In this document: positions 55,561 through 64,000 of the stretch, one piece after another
Layout of the letters: each line of letters opens with the position of its first letter
Numbering within the stretch: the stretch's first letter is position 1
Assembly (NCBI RefSeq): GCF_001194135.2
Contig: NC_068986.1
Location: 71,638,826 to 71,702,825 of the forward strand
Source of the DNA: Octopus bimaculoides
Taxonomy: Eukaryota
DNA length: 64,000 nt
Reading direction: 5' to 3'
Program-made: the position numbers and the translations under genes
Notes under the pieces: model-generated
Seen by the model: the letters and a program-made list of their open reading frames with translations, nothing else
What the model was told of the DNA's origin: nothing
Database searches by the model: none

Positions 55561-57355
55561 TTTATTCCTGTTAAAGAGCGTATAGTATCTATGTTCAGTA
55601 GGAAACAGTTCGATGATTAATACAAGGAAAGTCTTAGCTAACAAAAATAATCATAAAAGACAAAAAAAAAAGACCTATATGTAAATAGATATAGAAAATA
55701 TCTATCTTTAAAGGAAGACAAACATTTTCCGTGGTAAAAGCACAAGGATCTACACAATATTTCTTATAAACTAATATACACCGAGTCTGCACCATTCAAT
55801 ACTGATTCTCCTAAAACGAGCCAATTAGAGTTCAGTCCTCACATTCAGCAAATGGACCAAAAATTCATCAGAGCCAGACAAATGAAGATTATCTTGTCTA
55901 ATTCACTCTTGAACCTAAATATAGTGTAACTCACTACATAAAAGCTGGGTCATGACCAAATTCCTTAGTTTATATATATATATATATTTGTGAGTGGTTG
56001 TGCATGTATGGGTCTATATATGTGTGCGTGTATGTGTGTATAGAGAAATACAACATGTGTCAACATTCATCTTTTAAATGTGTATGAAATAATAGTTTCG
56101 AATTTTCTATCACCTGTTTCATTACGTCTGAAGTTTATTTCTTAATATAACGTAGGAGCTAACATGACATTCAGCAAGGAAAAAAAGGATTAAAGGGAGG
56201 CGAGATTGAAAATCTTTTAAATAAAAATGAACATATATCTATCTATACCAGCTGGCAAAATCTGAATTCCAAAAGATATAGAGAAGTAGAGTATCAGTGT
56301 TTTGCTTATACATGTACGAAAAAGGCTTTCTTTCTAAATAATTCTTATTAGTAAGTATTAATACAGAGTAATATAAGAATGTATAATCATCTACCTCTAT
56401 TGGATTGTTATCCTATTTTTATATTGACTTGTTAGGACTTGAATTAATTCAAACGTCTTTTGGGTCAAATGATATAAAAAAAATTTGAAAATTCAAACTT
56501 GATTAACAATAAAAAAAAATCACAAAATTAGCAAATTTCATTTGTCTTTGATGTCACATGGTTGTAATTAGAGAGGAGCAAAGATAAAAAATTTTTATTC
56601 GTAAACATAAATTTTACGATTTTAGAAATCGTGCCTTAATTCAGTTCATAATATAAGAAGATGATTTTAAAGAATTGGCCGTATAAACTAGTCTGTTGCA
56701 TTAAAGAATTACAATAATATGTTAAAAATAAATTGCTTCGTTTTTAGTGTAGTTGAAGTTTTACTTGTTACTCAGCTACGGCATATTTGCAAATACCAGT
56801 ATGCCATTCTCATNNNNNNNNNNNNNNNNNNNNNNNNNNNNNNNNNNNNNNNNNNNNNNNNNNNNNNNNNNNNNNNNNNNNNNNNNNNNNNNNNNNNNNN
56901 NNNNNNNNNNNNNNNNNNNNNNNNNNNNNNNNNNNNNNNNNNNNNNNNNNNNNNNNNNNNNNNNNNNNNNNNNNNNNNNNNNNNNNNNNNNNNNNNNNNN
57001 NNNNNNNNNNNNNNNNNNNNNNNNNNNNNNNNNNNNNNNNNNNNNNNNNNNNNNNNNNNNNNNNNNNNNNNNNNNNNNNNNNNNNNNNNNNNNNNNNNNN
57101 NNNNNNNNNNNNNNNNNNNNNNNNNNNNNNNNATCAATTTATTAATAAATTAATAATTAATAATTTTTACCAAGCCCATCGGTATGTAAGCACCATTATC
57201 GGTGTGGAACTTATTTAAAAGTTCTTATACATTTATAAACAAAATTAAGGGATCAGCAAACAGGTTGCTTCACCACATACCGAAGTTCAGAAATAGCAGC
57301 TAAAAATGCTGAAACTGCTATCTGTTGGAGTTTCACCATTTTTAGCTGTTATTTC

Positions 57356-57397
<42 letters not shown>

Positions 57398-59049
57398 TAT
57401 AAGTTTCTATGTATCTATGGGAATTCACTCATATTAAAGTCTTAATATAAATTAAACCTACTAAGTAATTTTTAATAACTAACTTAAATGTTATATTCAT
57501 CGATGTCATTAATTTCATAAGAATTTTTATGAAAACAAAATACGAAAGCATAATGTGTCTCATATTCCATGTAGACGTAATAGTAGTAAAGTAGCTGAAT
57601 ATGGTCTCCTAGAAGTTATTGGCTACAGTGTCTGTAGTGGTGTATGATATCGGTAGTATAGATAGTGGTGGTAGTGGTATTAACAATGATATGATGGTGG
57701 CGGTGATGTTGGTGGTACAAACTGTGAGAATAGTTTATTAGGTGAAATTATTGGCAATGCACGTGATTTTGGTTGGTGATGATCATGTTGGTGTCGAAAG
57801 TATAAAAACACATCAAATGTTTGGATTTCAATCTAAAACATTGCAGTAATGGCTTTCATATTGTTTATAATATACTGGGAACTATATTTGATTTATTTTT
57901 ATATATTAGTTATTAGTTATCAGAGATTTTTTACTAAATCTGTTACATATTATCGAATTAGATCTTTGATTTTATATTTCTCAATGATATATAGAAAATA
58001 AAAGATTGAAAGCTTTTTATGTAATTTCATCGAGGTATCAAAGATTACTAACTATTTCAACATTTCATTCTGAAATAGTTTGCCATGTTTTGAATAAATA
58101 TGCCAAAATATTATATGTAAGTTTAAATTTAAGGTTTGGCGAAGTAATTTTATATGTGACATTCTATAAAACTAATTTAGGTACTATATTTAGATTAGAA
58201 ATACTATTCCGAAATACATATTTCAAACGTTATTTGTTTGACAATTTTCTATTTTCTGGATTATACAAATTTGAATGATAGCAGAAATAGGGAAGTAAAA
58301 ATCCCCATAGGCGAGTTTTTAATAATTTCCAAGAAAAATGTACATGTAACCTGCTAAAGTACAAACGTCACTTATATTCGTACCATAAAACAATGTATGG
58401 TGTTATTATCATTAAAGAATTATCATTTATATCCTTCATATGATTTTCTTGCGAACTAAAATCGTCCAGTAATATATTTTCGCGAATCGAATGAATGAAA
58501 GATAAAAGTGAGAGACGTTGTCATATTCAATTCTAAAATGTGTAACTTAATATCCGATGAATGAAAATTAGTGAAATTATTAGCAATCTATAACGAAATT
58601 AGATTTGGGTGGATTTATTTATAATGGGTATTATAATTTACATAATCGTGTTTTGGCTGATAATATAGATAATCAGCTAACCTAAAATATGTGTACTAAA
58701 GTACAGATTCTGTAATTCTGCATGTATTCTTGTAACGTGATCACTGTCAGATTAATCTGTTTCATCTGGTGTTGTAGTGTCTTTACGCTTTTGAGGTCAG
58801 TAACTATACTTAGATAACTTATCAAAGCCTATCAGTTTGTGAAATCTCAAAAAAAGTTTTAAATTATATGCTGTATGTAACTGTAAAAGAAAATGATGAA
58901 TATGTATCTATATATTTTAAGACATCAGATGCAACTCGTTGAAAATCTGTATTTGTTTTAAAATGTTAATCTAACATTCATATGATTGTTATATTTATTG
59001 CTTAATGAGTTTAAATTTTTCTTGCTATTTCAGATTCTGTCCCATACAT

Positions 59050-59850
59050 ATATGGCTTGCATCATTCTAGAATTTTCCAGAGGAGATCGAATCAAATCTG
59101 CATTCTTTCGATTTGCAAGTTAGATAATATAGTGATAGTCCTCTTCATTTTGTTTCTGAAAAAAGTAGTATAATTGAAAGAGTCATGGTTACATTTACCC
59201 GCCGGCATTTCGTTTGCTTCGCTCTCGTTATCTAGGCTAATTTATGGATATGATAGATGCCTTGGCTCTATATGTCTAATTTTGAAGGTATAACGTTTTG
59301 TTTGTGAATAAGCAAATCACATCTACTGATTTGAGTTTCTTAGGTTATTTGCTTTGTTGTACAGCTATAATTTAGTTTACAACTGGGTCTCTTAAATAAC
59401 TTTCTGTGAAGGGGTTGACAGGCAAATATTTGTTGTAAATAGCGCCTAAAAAAGGTGTAGTTATTTCTGATTTTTCCTCATATGTATTTCAGTTTATTAA
59501 TGTCAGTAACTTAGGAGTATATTTGATATCATCCTAATGTCTACTGTCTTGTAGTATGGAGCACCTATTTCTCACTTTGTTTTTGAAAACTACGAGCAGT
59601 TGGCTAGATTAGCCGTTTTATTATAGATGTCTTGGAAAATTCTAGTAGAGCACATGGTTGTAATATTTCCGAGGTCGAAGTATAAAATTCAACAACGTCA
59701 GTTCATGTGAATTGGCGCTCTCTTTATTGCTAATATATATATTTTTAACCAGATAATTATGGTCATTACTAATATTGTATAATACATGGAGGTTAGTAGC
59801 TTTACTAATTATATCATGATAGTTATTTAACATTTTTGTAATCAATTAAT
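59050..59850 (-). mobile_element. Penelope-like retroelement relic (RT C-terminus, linker, start of GIY-YIG region)
   Basis: Minus strand VLYNISNDHNYLVKNIYISNKESANS (like LYVN..SNHPP.I.KNIP.SI..R.S..SS), FLGAIYNKYLP and HRKLFKRPSCKLNYSC (like KLHKIFNRNT.KLSYSC), and AGKCNH (like GKCL). Many disablements. Confidence 0.55.
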
Positions 59851-60947
59851 CCCAGCTCACGCTTACAGAAATTTATTAATCTGCATTGAGGATTAGTGGC
59901 GATTAATGTCTAGTTACGTTTATGCACAACGACTTCTACCTTTAATATCTATACTCTTCTAAGTATGTTTGGTAGAGTAATCGTATTTGAATTATCCTAA
60001 TTCGTTTTTAGTGAAGTAATTTCTTCTATGTATATTTACAATACACATAACTGTAAAATATTTGGATATGTGTACACAATAAAGTTACCATCTGCTTTTC
60101 GGGTGTTTAGTGTAATAAATTTTAAAAATCTTAAAGCAGAAAGCTGTTTTAAGTAATGATGTAATCTGACCAAAATATTACATAGCAAAATCTGTAACTT
60201 GCCAGATTTCAATGAAATATAAACCAGTAGATTTTCACATTCTTTCTTCACTAAACTGTGTGCGGGTTAAAAATGTACAATGAAGATTTATTACCACAAT
60301 AACATGTATGAATAAATGTAGGTTTTGCGGTAAATCTCAAGTATAATAGAAATAATGTTCAAGTTTAAAAGACAAATGATTTGCTCACATAAACACATAA
60401 GCTTTATTCAGAATCGGTACCAGTGTACCTCCAAATATATAAATCTACTAAAATCTCTGTGTGACTTCATACGATTAAGTTCTATTTTTCTATTTTGCAG
60501 ACAATAAAGTTTGGAAAGTAAGTTAATATGAAGACGTTTCTTGCCTTTCTTTCGTTGTCTCCATAAGATAATATTGGTGATATCAGTTTTAATGAAATAC
60601 CGTAATGCACATAGTGAACTATCTTGTATATAATCATCAGCAACCACCAGCTGTTTTAAGGGCAATTATCTTTAAACATTAATTATTTCTACTTTATAAG
60701 CGTGAGTCTTGTTGTTTAGTAACAACTCAGCCCTAACTGAGCTGTTCAGAAACATTGCAGTTTCTAATTTCCCGTATTCTTTTATTTAAGTGATAGTGTG
60801 ACTTGAGGGCATTTGGAAATGATATAGGCATCTACGTATGTTTCTGTATTTTCTTTTGCTACAAATTCTATTAAGATTTCAATCCAATTTCATACAATTG
60901 ACTTTTATTTTTCTGCTTGTGGATCTATTATTCTCTCTTCCTCCCTC

Positions 60948-60948
60948 A

Positions 60949-61034
<86 letters not shown>
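60948..61034. repeat. (CT)n microsatellite
   Basis: Direct reading. Confidence 0.95.
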
Positions 61035-61036
<2 letters not shown>

Positions 61037-61183
61037 AATCATATAATTTACACATACAGGCTAACACAAACGCACACATATATATAGGAGTATATACATA
61101 CATATACATATGTATATATATACATACATACGTACGTATATATATATATATGTGTGTATATTTATACATGCATGTATATAACG

Positions 61184-61253
<70 letters not shown>

Positions 61254-63810
61254 GAAATAGATAAATATATATATAAATAGATTACAATAAAAATAAAGTC
61301 CAGGGAGATGGTGGTGGTCTGCGTCAGCAAATATCGAATTTATTGATATAAATACAAAGTTTTTTTAAAGTTCATATACCATTAAGAAAAGCGGATGAAT
61401 TTTGGACAAAGTCTCTCTTCGTGGAGTGTGAAAGTTTTTCTCCTTTCTTAAACTACGAGAGCATGGACAAACTGGTGAATAGCAGGAAATGACAATGAAT
61501 TATATGTGCATGAAAGTAGACACAACATTTGTTTTGATATTTCTTTTATCTGAATTCATAACAGCCCCACTCTTTCCCGCAACAGTAATCCATTCTGTGG
61601 TACCCAGACTTGAACAGTTAGGCAATTTTAAATGCATTCAATACACATTTTACACCTGTCTTTATATCAATAATAAAATAGTAATCACCTGACCCAAATC
61701 ATTATTCCAAATCACCCAAACTTTTGGTTGCATATCTGCCAATATTACACATTGCATTACATACAAATTCTGCTGTGCTTTATAAGTTGGTTAATGAAGA
61801 AAGCATTGTCTAAATGATTGCTTTGGTAGTGAACGCGTTGTCCCACACACAATAGGCCACCTCATTTCAACAAACTTGGTTAGTCCATTTACTTCTCCTC
61901 GACGTCCGAACTTTAGGACCCTCTGGGAAACACATAGGACAACGCATCATTTTTACCTTCGGGATATCTCCTTCAGTTATTTTAATTTTTACTTTATTTT
62001 AATGCTCACAATGATGATCATTTTCGAATACAACTTAGTGTGAATATGCATTTCTAATCATCAGCCTGAGCCAGGACGAATGCAGACAGTACTATCGACA
62101 TCATGGTGATTACTATGATCACCGATCTTGCCAAAAGAAAGTCCTCTACTTCAGACTTATCAATTACCATCTGCTTCCTTACCCTTCGATCCTTCAATTT
62201 TACCCAAATATGTTATCTCTCACCTTCTAGACTTACCCTCCTTTAAGTTATCTTCTTCCCCTCGCCAACCACTTTTCAGTCCCACCGTTCCTCGACACAC
62301 AGCGCAACATTTAATTCTTACTCGTTCCCTGTCATTCTCCAATGTGCTTTCGCTCTCATTGATTAAGAATGAGGAAAACATTTCTTGCTCCCCGAAGTTT
62401 TAAATGTTTATAAAACTTAAAAGATACGTTACCAATACATTACCAATATGCTAAGATCAAGTGAATGTTATTATTACTGTATATGAAATTAACGTAGTAT
62501 GTTTAATATGTGTGATACATCATTAGATGAATAATCAGTAATTAAAATCCTTATTTGCTATCAGTTGCTCTCAAGCAACGACTCGTGTATAATACCTAAG
62601 CATTAAAATAAATGGAAAATATCGGGCTTTATAATCCCGCCATAAAACAGGAATTTTTAAAACCTAGCAACTTACATAAAATTCTACATAAATAGAATCT
62701 ATTCTCTACAAAAATTACCATTCCATTGATTGTAAAATTCAAGATTTTAAGACTCTTTAAATTAATGCTTACGTAAACAGAATAATGGATAACAGAATCA
62801 GTTGTACATCGGAGAAAATGTTTTACCGTGTTTAACTATATTTGTTTATGCTTTGAATCAATCTTGGATTTTCATCAACACTTAGAGAGCGATAGAAAAT
62901 GCACACGTGGAGTACAAGAATAAATTTAATCGGCTGTTACTCCGTCCTCCAAAATTAGGAGTTGTGCTAAATTTAGAAGTCTATAACTGTTTCTGTAGAT
63001 TGTGCATAGTATGTGTATGAAACTCCCGTAAAGATTGAAAACACAAATTATGTTCTCTATGATAATTGATATAAATTGAAGTGTGCTACATATCGAGTCA
63101 TATATCAGCTCATCGTACTTGCACGCTTATACAGAAATATTAAGAAGTCCCATTTCTCTTCTATCCTGCTAGAAACCAGTCTACATTGCTTATTTAATGT
63201 TCTCTGCATTGATAATTATTACGTTTCCTATATTTAAAATCTGTAGTATATTTAGATAACTATTTCTATACTTCCACCGAAATTGTATTGTATACTCAAC
63301 GTACATGTTTTAAAAATCAATAAATATCTTATGAAGTATTAGAATATTGATTACTGTTTAAATGCTTTTTAAACCCTAACAAGTGCGATGTTGCGTGCGT
63401 GTGTGCGTGCGTTTGTGTGTCTGTGGATGGTGAACTTGTTTAGTAAATGTCTGTATTGTGAACTTTTTAGTAAATATTCTTTCTTTCAGAAATTATTTTA
63501 TTTTAAATTAAGCCCCAAACATTGACCCAGGTTAAGTGAAAATGCTTTTAACATCAATCTTATATAACCTATTGTGCTCTCGTGCAAGGGTGATGAAGAT
63601 ATGAATAAATTACCTTAGCATTGCACAAAGAGGGTATTACACTCTTGGGTGAGAAGTTTGACCTGTAGTAGTGCTTTCTTGTGAGTTTAACGAAAGAATG
63701 CATTACTATGGTCAAACATTTCATGGATATGGGATCGTGAAAACGATGACGTCATTGGTGAAACGAACACCGTTTTTCTAATCAGTGGTAGAGAATGGAG
63801 AAAAACTCAC

Positions 63811-63894
63811 CTATCAATGGAACTGTTGCGGCATGAGGGACTGACTCGGCCAGCAATAGCAACAAGAGGAAAAAGGCGACGAAAATGTTCATTC
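63811..63894 (-). CDS. nAChR-like subunit, M2 / M2-M3 loop exon, downstream copy A (84 nt)
   Basis: Acceptor atttatgttacag|GA (phase 1) and donor ATAG|gtgagt (phase 1). Encodes (G)MNIFVAFFLLLLLLAESVPHAATVPLI(G); the final G plus GT of the M3 exon gives Gly, in frame. Confidence 0.9.
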
Positions 63895-63934
63895 CTGTAA
63901 CATAAATAAGTGGTGGAAAATGAGATTGACTCAC

Positions 63935-64000
63935 CTATTAAAGGAATGGACGAGGCCGCCCGAGGAGTGGATTCTGCCAGCAATAGCAACAAGACGAAAA
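63935..64000 (-). CDS. nAChR-like subunit, M2 / M2-M3 loop exon, upstream copy B (partial; acceptor outside window)
   Basis: Encodes ..FVLLLLLAESTPRAASSIPLI(G) with donor ATAG|gtgagt in the same phase as copy A; clearly paralogous to copy A. Confidence 0.88.

Larger units (their letters stand above)
27066..64000 (-). other. Gene span: 3' half of a Cys-loop nAChR-like subunit (signal peptide, ligand-binding domain and M1 lie beyond the window)
   Basis: Phase-compatible exon chain M2 (A or B) -> M3 -> M4, with introns of 32,582 nt (31229-63810) and 3,582 nt (27528-31109). Confidence 0.88.

Noticed and set aside
60501-60517. Plus-strand 17-nt microexon-like site (ttttgcag|...aaa|gtaagt)
   Set aside because: Antisense to the receptor gene, not 3n and with no supporting exons.
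61440-62000. Possible DNA-transposon relic (IVWDNA on the minus strand, like a DDE motif)
   Set aside because: A single short motif with no flanking support.
63811-64000. Alternative reading that the two M2 copies are haplotype duplicates or an assembly error
   Set aside because: They are contiguous with no gap, differ at most synonymous sites in the loop and by a codon indel, far beyond allelic divergence.
27066-64000. Assignment as an octopus chemotactile receptor (CR)
   Set aside because: The M2 sequence does not resemble the CR-type M2 as I recall it, and the diagnostic ligand-binding domain is outside the window.

Overview
AT-rich, microsatellite-dense animal genomic DNA from a gapped short-read scaffold. 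The SINE types and repeat landscape suggest a coleoid cephalopod, probably Octopus (inference). Almost all short ORFs in the supplied track are microsatellite or gap artefacts. The one host gene is the 3' half of a nicotinic acetylcholine receptor-like Cys-loop channel subunit on the minus strand. Its exons are the M3-M4 loop/M4 terminal exon (27066-27527), the M3 exon (31110-31228) and, after a 32.6-kb intron, two tandem paralogous M2 pore exons (63811-63894 and 63935->64000) only 40 nt apart. The main result is that this pair looks like mutually exclusive exons for the pore helix, analogous to insect nAChR alpha6 exon 8a/8b/8c. It shows a probable steric exclusion mechanism, a shared donor-proximal intronic motif and a single non-synonymous change at M2 13'. 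The rest of the window is mobile DNA: an intact-looking Helitron helicase with a canonical 3' end, a Tc1-like relic, four Dong/R4-type non-LTR fragments (one embedded in (TAA)n), a Penelope relic, faint LINE relics and several tRNA-derived SINEs. No rRNA, true tRNA or CRISPR array was seen.
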